A DNA stretch of 62,961 nt, filler included. It is 5 parts of 5 records of this genome, joined end to end, with 100 filler letters (N's around TTAATTAATTAA, not from the genome) between each part and the next. Parts side by side here need not be neighbours in the genome. Positions count along the whole stretch, not along the records: positions 22,236 to 39,770 come from DRR723986_5515; positions 39,871 to 52,736 come from DRR723986_5517; 3 more parts are not named here. One strand, 5' to 3'. Shown one piece after another: positions 30,753 to 41,115 of the stretch. The translations under genes were made by a program, and so were the position numbers. The first letter of the stretch is position 1; every line of letters begins with the position of its first letter. The notes under the pieces were generated by a model that saw only the letters and a program-made list of their open reading frames with translations, made no database searches and was not told where the DNA came from.

Positions 30753-31541
30753 ATGAAAATTGGCATCTATCAGGGCCCGCCCTTGGGCGGTGACGCGGGC
30801 CTGCAATCGGCCCAAGATATCAGCGCGGCGTTTCACACCCTGGCCTGCACGCTAAAGGCCTGCGCATTGGCGGGGGCCGAAATGGTGGTTTTCCCCGAGC
30901 TGTTCTTGCCCGGCTACAACCAACCCCAGCTGCACCCCCGCATGGCCCAACCCCAAGGCGGCACGTGGGAGCGCCAATTTGCGCAACTGGCCGCAGAGCA
31001 TCAGTGCGGGCTGGTGATAGGCTGGGCCGAATTGGCAGGGGCCGATATTTACAATGCCGCCTCGGCCTATGGGCCCGATGGGGCAAAACTGGCCCATTAC
31101 CGCAAAATTCAGCTGTTTGGCCCGCAGGAAAAAGCGGTGTTCACCCCCGGCGATCGCTATGCCAGCTTTCACTTTCGCGGCCATCATATTGGCCTGCTGA
31201 TCTGCTATGATATTGAATTTGCCCAACATGCCTGGGCGCTAAAGGCGCGCGGGGTTGATCTGGTGCTGGTGCCCACCGCCAACCCAGCCGGGTTTGAGAA
31301 TGTGTCAGATCTGATCGTGCCGGCGCGCGCCGCAGAAAACGGCCTGGCTGTGGCCTATGCCAATTATTGCGGCACAGAGGGCAATTTGCGCTATGGTGGC
31401 GGGTCGGTGATTGTGGATGCCAATGGCGCCAGCCTGGCGCGCGCAGGCCAAGGCCCTGCGCTGCTGATCGCCGATCTTGGCGGGCAAGCCCCAGGGCTTT
31501 CCACCCAGCACGCAGATTTCCGTGCCATCACCCCAGATTAG
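30753..31541 (+). CDS. Carbon-nitrogen hydrolase (nitrilase superfamily amidase)
   Basis: Catalytic E-K-C triad in 'FPELF', 'YRKIQL', 'ICYD'. Confidence 0.9.
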   Translation: MKIGIYQGPPLGGDAGLQSAQDISAAFHTLACTLKACALAGAEMVVFPELFLPGYNQPQLHPRMAQPQGGTWERQFAQLAAEHQCGLVIGWAELAGADIYNAASAYGPDGAKLAHYRKIQLFGPQEKAVFTPGDRYASFHFRGHHIGLLICYDIEFAQHAWALKARGVDLVLVPTANPAGFENVSDLIVPARAAENGLAVAYANYCGTEGNLRYGGGSVIVDANGASLARAGQGPALLIADLGGQAPGLSTQHADFRAITPD

Positions 31542-33213
31542 GCGCCACGCGATAGTTGCCCGTGCGCTCGAACGCGGTGGCAAAGCCCAAGAGCTGCGCA
31601 TCCTGCCACCCGCGCCCGGCAAAGGTAAGCCCGCCGGGCATGCCGATATCGGCCAAAACCCCCATGGGCACGGTCACAGTGGGCACCCCCATATGGCGGA
31701 TCGCCAGATTGCCATTGGCCACCCAAACGCCATTGCGCCATGCCAGATCGGCCGAGGCGGGGTTGGTATCGGCATCAGCGGGCCCGATATCGGCCAGTGC
31801 GGGGAATATCACCGCATCCAGCTGCAGATGATCCATCCAATCTTCCAGATCCAGCTTGCGCGTGGCCTCTAGCCCCTGCAGGCCCGCGGCCAGGGTAGGA
31901 ATATCTTGGAACCGTGCGATGGGGTTGTCGCGTATATGCTGGGGGTAGCTGGCGATATCATCGTCAAAACCGCTGTAGCGATCTGGCAGGGCACCGGGGG
32001 GCGCGGGAAAAATGCAGGCGCCATCCACATCGGCCAGGCGGTTTAACGCCGGGTCATTATTGGCGCGCAGGAAATCCTCCCAGGCCCAGGCCGATAAATC
32101 TGTGATCTCACGTTTCAAAAACCCATCAGGCAGCAGGCCACGGGTTTTGATACTGGGGGCGCCGGGCCTGTCGGCCTCGTATTGGCTGACCAAGGGGAAA
32201 TCATCTGTTACCACCACCTGCCCCCCGGCAGCAGTGATGGCCTGACACGCCGCCTGAAACAGCGCCAGCATTGTGGGGCGAGTGATAATTTTTTGCCCCG
32301 TTGCGCCACCAATGCCACCCGCGGGGTTGGTGCCGGCCTGCGGATCTTGGTTGATATACATGCCCGGCACGCCAAAGCGCTTGCCCGCCAGCGTGGCCCC
32401 TGCGGCCAGCGCCGCATAAGAGGGCGGGCGATGGGCCGCGGCGCTGGGAATGGCCACCCAAGGCTGAGCGCGCCAGAAATCCCCCCGCGTCAGCGGATCA
32501 TCGGCAACGAGCACATCCAAAACATCCAGCATATCGGCCATGCTGCGGGTATGGGGCACCACCACATCCATGGTGGGCACCAAGGGCCAATTGCCCCGCA
32601 CGCTAATCACACCGCGGCTGGGGGTATAGGCGCATAGGCCATTATTGGCCGCAGGCGCCCGCCCGCTGCTCCAGGTTTCTTCGCCCAGGCCAAAGCTGGC
32701 AAACCCCGCTGCAGTGGCCGTGCCCGACCCGTTGGACGAGCCCGAGGCAAAGGCCGATGTCAGAAAGCCTGGGTTGTAAGGGCTTTCTGAGCGCCCATAA
32801 AGCCCCCGTTGCATGCCGCCATTGGCCATGGGCGGCATATTGGTAAGCCCGATCAAAACCGCCCCCCCTGCGCGCAATCGTTCGATGGCAAAGGCATCAT
32901 CTTGGGCCACCAGCCCGGCAAAGGCGGGCGAGCCGCAGGCCACGCCAAGCCCTTTCACCTTAAAGCTGTTTTTGGCTGTGTAGGGAATGCCATCGAGCAG
33001 CCCCAGGGCACGCCCCTCAGCGCGGCGCAGATCAGATGCGCGCGCCTCCTCCAGCGCGGCCGGGTTCAACACGGGCACAGCATTCAGGCAGGGGCCTGCG
33101 CGATCAAGGCGCTCGATGCGCGTCAAACACTGCGCCACCAGATCCACCGCGCGCAGCCTGCCCGCCTGCAGGTGCTGCGCCAAATCGCGGATCGAGGTTT
33201 CAAAAATGCTCAT
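31528..33213 (-). CDS. Amidase signature family enzyme
   Basis: Motifs 'LDGIPYTAK', 'GRSESPYN', 'SGSSNGS', 'GEETWSSGRAPA'. ATG at 33213. Confidence 0.9.
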   Translation of the reverse strand: MSIFETSIRDLAQHLQAGRLRAVDLVAQCLTRIERLDRAGPCLNAVPVLNPAALEEARASDLRRAEGRALGLLDGIPYTAKNSFKVKGLGVACGSPAFAGLVAQDDAFAIERLRAGGAVLIGLTNMPPMANGGMQRGLYGRSESPYNPGFLTSAFASGSSNGSGTATAAGFASFGLGEETWSSGRAPAANNGLCAYTPSRGVISVRGNWPLVPTMDVVVPHTRSMADMLDVLDVLVADDPLTRGDFWRAQPWVAIPSAAAHRPPSYAALAAGATLAGKRFGVPGMYINQDPQAGTNPAGGIGGATGQKIITRPTMLALFQAACQAITAAGGQVVVTDDFPLVSQYEADRPGAPSIKTRGLLPDGFLKREITDLSAWAWEDFLRANNDPALNRLADVDGACIFPAPPGALPDRYSGFDDDIASYPQHIRDNPIARFQDIPTLAAGLQGLEATRKLDLEDWMDHLQLDAVIFPALADIGPADADTNPASADLAWRNGVWVANGNLAIRHMGVPTVTVPMGVLADIGMPGGLTFAGRGWQDAQLLGFATAFERTGNYRVAPNLG

Positions 33214-33244
33214 GCCGGGCCCTTTATCATCTGCCACCAGTCGT

Positions 33245-33268
33245 ATTGACAGCCGCCCGCCCGTCAAT
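33245..33268. promoter_or_regulatory. Inverted repeat ATTGAC-N12-GTCAAT between divergent amidase and amidohydrolase (opposed -35 boxes or an operator)
   Basis: TTGACA on the + strand and TTGACG on the - strand within a 90-bp divergent spacer. Confidence 0.45.
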
Positions 33269-33303
33269 GACTGTTTGCCAAAGCCACAGGGAAACGGTGC
33301 AAA

Positions 33304-34968
33304 ATGACCATGGCAGATTTGATCATCGAAAACGCCGCGATCCTGACAATGGACGCAGCCCGCCCCCGTGCCCAGGCCCTGGCGGTGGTTGGCAACCGCC
33401 TGGCGGCTGTGGGCGACACCGCCGATATTGCCGCGCTGGCCGGGCCAAAGACCCTGCGCATCGATGCCAAAGGCCGCACCGTTTTGCCCGGGTTTATCGA
33501 GGCGCATATGCATTTGTTTTGGGGCGGTTACGGGCTGAAACTGCTGCAGCTGTCGGGGGTGCAGGGGCTGGCACAGCTGGCCCCCAAGCTGCGCGCCTAT
33601 GCCGATGCCAACCCCACCGAGGGGTTATTGATCTGCAAGGCCGCTGATTACAATCTGTTCGGCCCCGGCATTGCCACCACCCGCCACCACCTGGATCAGG
33701 CCTTGCCCGAGCGCCCCGTGATGTTGCTGTCTAGCGATCACCACACCGCCTGGGCCAACACGGTTGCGCTGGAACGGGCGGGTATCTTGCAGGGCGCCGA
33801 TATGCCTGTGGGCTGCGAGGTGGTGATGGGGGCTGATGGCACTGCCACAGGCGAGCTGCGCGAGCAATTTGCCTATGCCCCCGTTTTGGCCCTGCGCACC
33901 TCGGGCGGGCGCGAGGATTTGGGCTTTGCCGGGCAAGAGCCCAACCACCCCCCAACCGCCACCGAGCGTGCAGAAGACCTGCAAACACTGCGCCAGGGCC
34001 TGGATTATTGCGCGGCCTTCGGCTTTACCTCGATCCACAGTATGGATGGCAATTTCTACCAGCTGGCCCTGCTTGGCAGCCTGGAGGCGCAAGGCCAGCT
34101 GATCTGCCGCACCGAGGTGCCCTATCATCTGACGCCGGAAAAACCTGTCTCGGCCCTGGCAGATGCGGTGAAAATGCGGGCAGACTACGCCAGCGAAAAG
34201 CTGCGTTCGGGGCGGGTAAAGCTGTTTATGGATGGGGTGATCGACAGCGGCACAGCCTTTACGCTGGCCCCTTTCAGCGATGCCAGCAGCTGCGACGCGC
34301 TGCATAGCGCAGAGCGTTTCAACGAAATCTGCATCATGGCTGATGCGCATGGGCTGCAAATTTCGGTGCATGCCATTGGCGATGCGGCCGTGCGGCGCAC
34401 GCTCGATGGCTATGAGGCCGCGCGACAGGCCAATGGCCCCCGCGACAGCCGCCATCGCATCGAACATATCGAATTGCTGCACCCCGATGATTTGGTGCGC
34501 TTTGCCCAGCTGGGGGTTGTGGCCTCGACCCAGCCATCGCACCCGCCCCTGGCCATGGATTTTCCGCGCGATCCCTGGGCCAGTATGGTGGGCCCGGCGC
34601 GCCTGCCGCAGGCCTTTCCCGACCGGGCCTTGCGCGATGCGGGCGTGGCCATGGCCTATTCATCGGATTGGCCGATCACCGATATCAACCCAATGCGGGG
34701 GATACAGGCGGCAATGACGCGGCCGAAACTATCGCCCGCCTGCCCCGATAACCGCTGCACCCTGCACGAGGCGCTATACGCCTACACAGCCGGCGGCGCC
34801 TATGCCGGGTTTGACGAGCATCGCCTGGGCCGATTGGTGCCGGGGCTTTTGGCCGATATCGTGGTGATGGATCACGACCTAGAGGCACTGGATGTGGCCG
34901 ATCTGGGCCACGCACGCGCCGCGATCACCATTTGCGACGGGCAGATCACCTATCAGCGCAGCACCTAG
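33304..34968 (+). CDS. Metal-dependent amidohydrolase family 3 (YtcJ/NfdA-like)
   Basis: Motifs 'PGFIEAHMH', 'KLFMDG', 'HAIGD', 'RHRIEHIE', 'SSDWP'. Confidence 0.9.
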   Translation: MTMADLIIENAAILTMDAARPRAQALAVVGNRLAAVGDTADIAALAGPKTLRIDAKGRTVLPGFIEAHMHLFWGGYGLKLLQLSGVQGLAQLAPKLRAYADANPTEGLLICKAADYNLFGPGIATTRHHLDQALPERPVMLLSSDHHTAWANTVALERAGILQGADMPVGCEVVMGADGTATGELREQFAYAPVLALRTSGGREDLGFAGQEPNHPPTATERAEDLQTLRQGLDYCAAFGFTSIHSMDGNFYQLALLGSLEAQGQLICRTEVPYHLTPEKPVSALADAVKMRADYASEKLRSGRVKLFMDGVIDSGTAFTLAPFSDASSCDALHSAERFNEICIMADAHGLQISVHAIGDAAVRRTLDGYEAARQANGPRDSRHRIEHIELLHPDDLVRFAQLGVVASTQPSHPPLAMDFPRDPWASMVGPARLPQAFPDRALRDAGVAMAYSSDWPITDINPMRGIQAAMTRPKLSPACPDNRCTLHEALYAYTAGGAYAGFDEHRLGRLVPGLLADIVVMDHDLEALDVADLGHARAAITICDGQITYQRST

Positions 34969-34992
34969 ATACCGCCACGCATAAAGGCGGCA

Positions 34993-35595
34993 TCAAGGCC
35001 AGTTGACCCGCACCATCGCCTCGTTCCGGCGGTTGAACGGCAATGTGAAGGGGCCATTATAGGTGGCCCTGATCACCCCCGAGGTGGCCGCGATACCATC
35101 CGCCGCCAACTGCCCCAGCAAGGCTTTGCGCGCGGCCGCAAAATTTTTGTCATTGGCGCGCCCGCTATAGATGTGCACCGCATAATACCCGCCTTTCACC
35201 GCCACGATTTCCACATCTGGGTTGGTGGGTTTTGGCGCTGTGTCCAGACTGTAGCTGGCAGGCAGAAAAAACCGCATGGTGCCGGCATCGCCCTGGGTGA
35301 CGGGAACGGTCATTGCGATCTTTTCTGATTGGGTGACAGGGACCGTCATACTGATCTTTGCCGATGTCAGGTTGGCACCCGAAATATAGGCAAACAAGGC
35401 GCGAAAGGCCCTGTTTGCGCTGCCCGCATTGCGGATCTGTGCGGCAACACGATCACCATATTTGCGCAGCTCATAGCCATCGGCCTTGTGCACAATGGCG
35501 TAACGGGGCTCTTCATAGGCCATGGCACCCCCGGCACCAAACAGCGCCAGCGCCACCAGCCACGCCAAGGCAATCGGTTTTAGCAAAACGTTCAT
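34993..35595 (-). CDS. SOUL family heme-binding protein, exported
   Basis: Signal peptide; motifs 'YEEPRY', 'AFRALFAYISGAN', 'KIAMTVPV', 'RRNE'. Confidence 0.88.
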   Translation of the reverse strand: MNVLLKPIALAWLVALALFGAGGAMAYEEPRYAIVHKADGYELRKYGDRVAAQIRNAGSANRAFRALFAYISGANLTSAKISMTVPVTQSEKIAMTVPVTQGDAGTMRFFLPASYSLDTAPKPTNPDVEIVAVKGGYYAVHIYSGRANDKNFAAARKALLGQLAADGIAATSGVIRATYNGPFTLPFNRRNEAMVRVNWP

Positions 35596-35651
35596 GCCAA
35601 AGATCTGTGGCTGACAGGCCCGATTTCAAGGCGCTGCCAGGTGCACAGCTG

Positions 35652-36098
35652 TCACTCGGCGATGTCTTCGGCCCAAAGTTCGGGCTTTTCATCGATGAAG
35701 CGTTTCATCAGGGCCACGCAATCGGGGTCTTCTGCGATCACAACTTCCACGCCGCGTTCGCGCAAAAACGCCTCGTTGCCGCCAAAATTTGTGGTGTCAC
35801 CGATCACAACACGCGGAATGCCAAATTGCACGATGGTGCCCGAGCACATCATGCAGGGCGACAGCGAGGTATAAAGCACCGTATCACGATAGGTCTTTTG
35901 CCGCCCCGCCTTGCGCAGCGCGTCCATTTCGCCATGCGCGATGGGGTCGCCCCCCTGAACGCGCTGGTTGCGCCCTTGGGCCACCACCTGCCCGCCCCGC
36001 GCCAAAACCGAGCCTATCGGGCAGCCGCCTTCATCAAACCCTGCCTTGGCCTCTTCATAAGCAATCCGCAGGAGCCGTTTATCGTCATCTGTCATCAT
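35652..36098 (-). CDS. Zinc-dependent nucleobase deaminase, yeast Fcy1-type cytosine deaminase-like
   Basis: 'HGEMDAL' and 'PCMMC' zinc motifs, 'EGGCPIGSVL', C-terminal 'PELWAEDIAE'. Confidence 0.85.
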   Translation of the reverse strand: MMTDDDKRLLRIAYEEAKAGFDEGGCPIGSVLARGGQVVAQGRNQRVQGGDPIAHGEMDALRKAGRQKTYRDTVLYTSLSPCMMCSGTIVQFGIPRVVIGDTTNFGGNEAFLRERGVEVVIAEDPDCVALMKRFIDEKPELWAEDIAE

Positions 36099-36107
36099 CT
36101 TGGGGCC

Positions 36108-36995
36108 TCATTCTGTTGCGGGCGGTTTTTGGTAATAGGGCAGCGCCTCGACCGAAGGGAACCATGCGCCTTCGGCCGATAGTTTGTCCATATGCGCGGC
36201 GATGCCGCCAAGGCTGGTGAACCACACATCGCGGGTTTCCAGCGTTTTTTCGATCCATTGCTCAACCAGCCGCCAGCGCGCCAGCCGCCCGGTTAAAAAC
36301 GGGTGCACGATCAGCATGAAAAAGCCGCCCGCCGCGTATTGTGCCTCGAATTCTTCCCAAAACCCAGACAGCCCATGCGAGGGCGATTGGACCGGCATCA
36401 AATAGCCAATCTCGTCATAATGGGCAAAGGGCGGCCAATCGTCGGTGCCCCAATGCACGGGCATTTCATAGAGCTGGCCCTTCGCGGTTTGCAGCGCATG
36501 GGGAATGTCATCGCCCATAAGCGAGCTGTCATAGCGCAGCCCATGTTCCAGCATCAGGTCTACCACCTCGTCGGTGATATTATAGACCGGCGCGCGATAG
36601 CCTGCGGGCGTGGTGCCACAGATGCGTTTATGGGCCTCTAATGCGCGCTCGAAAGGTTCGCGCTGGTTGCCATAGGTAGCAATCGGATCTTCGTGAATCC
36701 AGCCATGATGGCCAATTTCATGGCCACCTTCCAAAATCGCCTCAACCGTTTGCGGATATTGCTCTAGGCACCAGCCGGGGATGAAAAACGATTGCTTCAG
36801 GCCGAACCGTTTGTAGGTATCTAGGATACGCGGCACAGCGATATTTGGCCCATACCGCCCCATCGATACCGGATAGAGCCTGCGGTGGCTGTCTTGGGGG
36901 CGGGCAATATGGATCAGGCTGTCTGCATCCATATCAAAGGTGATTGCAACCGCGCATTTCGCGCCATCGGGCCAGGGGATGGGGTTTCTGATCAT
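36108..36995 (-). CDS. Polysaccharide deacetylase family (CE4, PuuE/PgdA-like) cyclic amide hydrolase
   Basis: Motifs 'WPDGAKCAVAITFDMD', 'HEIGHHGWIHE', 'GYRAP', 'YDSSLMGDD'. No signal peptide. Confidence 0.82.
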   Translation of the reverse strand: MIRNPIPWPDGAKCAVAITFDMDADSLIHIARPQDSHRRLYPVSMGRYGPNIAVPRILDTYKRFGLKQSFFIPGWCLEQYPQTVEAILEGGHEIGHHGWIHEDPIATYGNQREPFERALEAHKRICGTTPAGYRAPVYNITDEVVDLMLEHGLRYDSSLMGDDIPHALQTAKGQLYEMPVHWGTDDWPPFAHYDEIGYLMPVQSPSHGLSGFWEEFEAQYAAGGFFMLIVHPFLTGRLARWRLVEQWIEKTLETRDVWFTSLGGIAAHMDKLSAEGAWFPSVEALPYYQKPPATE

Positions 36996-36997
36996 CC

Positions 36998-38083
36998 TCA
37001 GCCCTCGGATAAAATACTGGCATTGGCCGCGTCCCAAGCCAGCCACAGCGCGGCGCCCGGGTGTAGATCAAGATCCATCAAGGCGCGCTCTTGCATCTGC
37101 ACTTTGAATTCCAAGCCATCGGCCCCTTCTAGAAACAGCGTCACAAGCGAGCCGATGAATTCTTCGGAAATCAGCGTGGCCTGCGCCTTGTTTGCCGCGT
37201 CTGGTTCTGTTTCAGACAAAATCATCAGGTCGGCCGAAACGGCAAAGCTGACAGATTGGCCCGCGGCCACGGGCCTTTGCGGCGTTTGCGCGGTAAAGGT
37301 GCCCTGGGGCGTTGCGATCTGCGTGCCGGTGGCATCGGCGCCCAAGACCGTGCCGCTTAGAATATTGTTGCGCCCGACAAATTCGGCAACAAAGCGGTTT
37401 GCAGGCGCGCGATAGATGTCTTTTGGCGATCCCACCTGGGCGATATCGCCCTGGCTCATGATCACAACCCTATCGGCCATGGCAAAGGCCTCGGATTGGG
37501 AATGGGTGACATAGACAAAGGTGATGCCCAGCTCTTTTTGCAGCTTGGTCAGCACGCCCTGCATGCGGATCACCAGATTGGCATCAAGCGCCGAAAGCGG
37601 CTCGTCCAGCAGCAGCATCTTTGGCTCCATCACCAGGCTGCGGGCCAGCGCCACGCGCTGTTTTTGCCCGCCAGACAGGGTAGAGACATTACGCTCGGCA
37701 AACTCGGCGATCTGCATGCGATCAAGCCAGTCAAGCGCGCGGCGCTTGCGCTCGGCCGCGCCCACGCCGCGCATTTTCAGGCCAAATTCCACGTTTTCGC
37801 GTGCGGTCAGAAAAGGAAACAGCGCCAAAGACTGCCACACCAGCGGCGTGTCGCGTTCATGCGGCTTTACATCATTCATCAGGCGGCCATTCATGCGGAT
37901 CTCGCCCGCCGTTGGGGCCTCTAGCCCCGCCAACATACGCAGGGTTGTGGTTTTGCCACAGCCCGACGAGCCCATGATGGCCAAAAATTCACCCTCGTGA
38001 ATGTCGAGGTCCATGTTGCGAACGGCCACAAATGTGCCAAAGCTTTTTTGGACATTGCGGAAAGTTACCAGCGGTTCAGTCAT
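36998..38083 (-). CDS. PotA-like ABC ATPase (second system)
   Basis: Motifs 'GSSGCGKTT', 'LSGGQKQRVALAR', 'DEPLSALD'. Confidence 0.9.
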   Translation of the reverse strand: MTEPLVTFRNVQKSFGTFVAVRNMDLDIHEGEFLAIMGSSGCGKTTTLRMLAGLEAPTAGEIRMNGRLMNDVKPHERDTPLVWQSLALFPFLTARENVEFGLKMRGVGAAERKRRALDWLDRMQIAEFAERNVSTLSGGQKQRVALARSLVMEPKMLLLDEPLSALDANLVIRMQGVLTKLQKELGITFVYVTHSQSEAFAMADRVVIMSQGDIAQVGSPKDIYRAPANRFVAEFVGRNNILSGTVLGADATGTQIATPQGTFTAQTPQRPVAAGQSVSFAVSADLMILSETEPDAANKAQATLISEEFIGSLVTLFLEGADGLEFKVQMQERALMDLDLHPGAALWLAWDAANASILSEG

Positions 38084-38084
38084 G

Positions 38085-38879
38085 TCAGGAATGGCTCTTG
38101 ATCTGGCGGCTGATGAAAATCACCTGTGCGGCGACAACCAGCGTCATTGAGGTAAGGAACACAAAGGTTCCAATGGCGTTGACCTGCGGGTCAATGTTGC
38201 CCTGAACAATCTCAAGGATCACAATGGGAACGGTTTTGTTCAGGCCCGACACAAACCAGGCCACAGCGAATTCATCAAACGACACCGCCGCCGTCAGACA
38301 TAGCGACGAGACGATGGCAGGCATGCAAAACGGCACGATAACATGGCGCATCGCCTGCCATTCTGTGCCGCCCAGGTTCCAGGCTGCGGCCTCTAGATCG
38401 GGGTCCATCTGGTGCAATCGCAGGCGAATGATGGCCATGGCAAAGGGGGCGGTCAGCACCGAATGCGCCATGATGATGCTCCACAATTGCCCCGATAGGC
38501 CCAGCCGCGACAACCATGCAAGCATGGCAAGCGCCATGATAATCAGCGGAATGGTCGGCGGCAGCAGGATCAGGGCCAGGTAGGGCCCTTTGAAACGGAA
38601 ATTATAGCGAAAGTCGGTGTAGGCCGTGCAAAACCCCAATGTTGTTGCCAGCAAAGCCGTGCTGACAGACACGATCACCGAATTGCGCACCGCTTGCCAG
38701 ATATCGGGATCTGTCAGGATTTTTGCATACCATTCGGTCGAAAAATTCCCCAGCGGGATCGTTGGAAAGCGCTGTGAATTGAACGAAAACACCAGGCTGA
38801 AAAAGATCGGCGCAAAAACAAAGGTAAAGATCAGCGCCACATAAACGCCCAAGATAAGATTCAAGCCGCGCCCCTGCAT
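38085..38879 (-). CDS. PotC-like ABC permease (second system)
   Basis: Motifs 'LEAAAWNLG' and 'SFDEF'. TGATG coupling to the upstream permease. Confidence 0.88.
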   Translation of the reverse strand: MQGRGLNLILGVYVALIFTFVFAPIFFSLVFSFNSQRFPTIPLGNFSTEWYAKILTDPDIWQAVRNSVIVSVSTALLATTLGFCTAYTDFRYNFRFKGPYLALILLPPTIPLIIMALAMLAWLSRLGLSGQLWSIIMAHSVLTAPFAMAIIRLRLHQMDPDLEAAAWNLGGTEWQAMRHVIVPFCMPAIVSSLCLTAAVSFDEFAVAWFVSGLNKTVPIVILEIVQGNIDPQVNAIGTFVFLTSMTLVVAAQVIFISRQIKSHS

Positions 38880-39736
38880 CAGCGTGCCCCCTTGGGTTTG
38901 CGATAGGCTAAAAGAATGGCCGTAAAGGCCACTGCAAATAGCGTCAGCATCATCATAATGGCCACAACAGCCGCCCGGGGCCATTGCTGGCCAGATTTGG
39001 TGGTATCAAGGATCAAAATGGGCAAAGTCGGCTCTTGCGAGCCGCCCAGGTAGAAGGGCGCTACGAAATCGCCAAAGGCCAGGATGAAACAAAAAAGCGC
39101 AGCAACAACAAACCCGGTTTTTGACAGCGGCAACACGACACGCCAGATCGTTGCCAAGGGTTTGCACCCCAGGTTGCGCGCAGCCTCGACCAATGTTTTG
39201 TCGATATTGGCCATTGTGACGGTTTGCAAAATCACCGCCAAGGGCAGTGTCAGGGTCAGATAGCCCACGATGGTGCCGAAATGCGTGTTCAACATCTTAT
39301 AGGGCCCCAGGCCAATATAGCCCAGCATCGCATTCAAAACGCCGCTTTCAGCCAGGATGACATACCAAGAAAAGGTGCGCACCAGATACGAGGTGAAAAA
39401 CGGGATGATCAGCAAAAACACCGCCCAGCGGCGCAGGTTTTCCGAGGCGCGAAAGGCCAGCGCCCAAGCGGCGGGAAAGGCCAAAACCATGGCAATCGCC
39501 GCACTAAGCGACGCGATGAACACCGTATACCAATAACTGTCCCAGAAATAGCCACGCGTCAGCATGCGCTGCCAGTTCACAAACTCGAACGCCTCGGTCA
39601 TGCGGTAGTTTTTCACCACGAAAAACGAGATCGCGATCATGAATAGAACTGGCCCGACAAAGAAGATCAGCTGCCACAGGATAATCGGCAATCTCCATGT
39701 CAGGGCGTAAAGATCGATTTTTTGTTTTGTGCTCAC
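38879..39736 (-). CDS. PotB-like ABC permease (second system)
   Basis: Motifs 'IPFFTSYLVR', 'EAARNLG', 'QWPRAA'. Confidence 0.88.
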   Translation of the reverse strand: MSTKQKIDLYALTWRLPIILWQLIFFVGPVLFMIAISFFVVKNYRMTEAFEFVNWQRMLTRGYFWDSYWYTVFIASLSAAIAMVLAFPAAWALAFRASENLRRWAVFLLIIPFFTSYLVRTFSWYVILAESGVLNAMLGYIGLGPYKMLNTHFGTIVGYLTLTLPLAVILQTVTMANIDKTLVEAARNLGCKPLATIWRVVLPLSKTGFVVAALFCFILAFGDFVAPFYLGGSQEPTLPILILDTTKSGQQWPRAAVVAIMMMLTLFAVAFTAILLAYRKPKGAR

Positions 39737-39770
39737 GTGCTTTGGTCCTTGCCTTGCGGCAGGGGGGCCC

Positions 39771-39870
39771 NNNNNNNNNNNNNNNNNNNNNNNNNNNNNN
39801 NNNNNNNNNNNNNNTTAATTAATTAANNNNNNNNNNNNNNNNNNNNNNNNNNNNNNNNNNNNNNNNNNNN
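39771..39870. other. Artificial contig linker
   Basis: N44 + TTAATTAATTAA + N44. Confidence 0.98.
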
Positions 39871-39871
39871 C

Positions 39872-39931
39872 AGTAGCACGGCTCTCCGAGCCGTGAACTT
39901 GGCAATTCTCGCCTCGGAGCGGCGAGCTACT
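39872..39931. repeat. Inverted pair of GTAG-type REP elements (REPIN-like doublet)
   Basis: AGTAGCACGGCTCTCCGAGCCGTG (39872-39895) and, on the opposite strand, AGTAGCTCGCCGCTCCGAGGCGAG (39908-39931). Each is GTAG plus a hairpin. Confidence 0.75.
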
Positions 39932-39990
39932 ATGCAATACTTGCTTTCTAGCGGGCTCAATGCCGGCTGGGTTTACCCACTTCGCTGGGC

Positions 39991-40030
39991 AAACAAAAAA
40001 CCACCTCACCGTAAATCGATGAAGTGGTTT
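39991..40030 (-). terminator. Rho-independent terminator of gap
   Basis: On the minus strand, AAACCACTTCATCG-ATTTA-CGGTGAGGTGGTTT followed by TTTGTTT, about 40 nt after the gap stop. Confidence 0.8.
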
Positions 40031-40068
40031 GAAGCTTTTTACAAACTGTTGTTTGTTCGTGCGGACGC

Positions 40069-41115
<1,047 letters not shown>

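Noticed and set aside
35295..35360. Internal duplication KISMTVPVTQ / KIAMTVPVTQ in the SOUL gene
   Set aside because: This repeat is a common feature of bacterial SOUL proteins.
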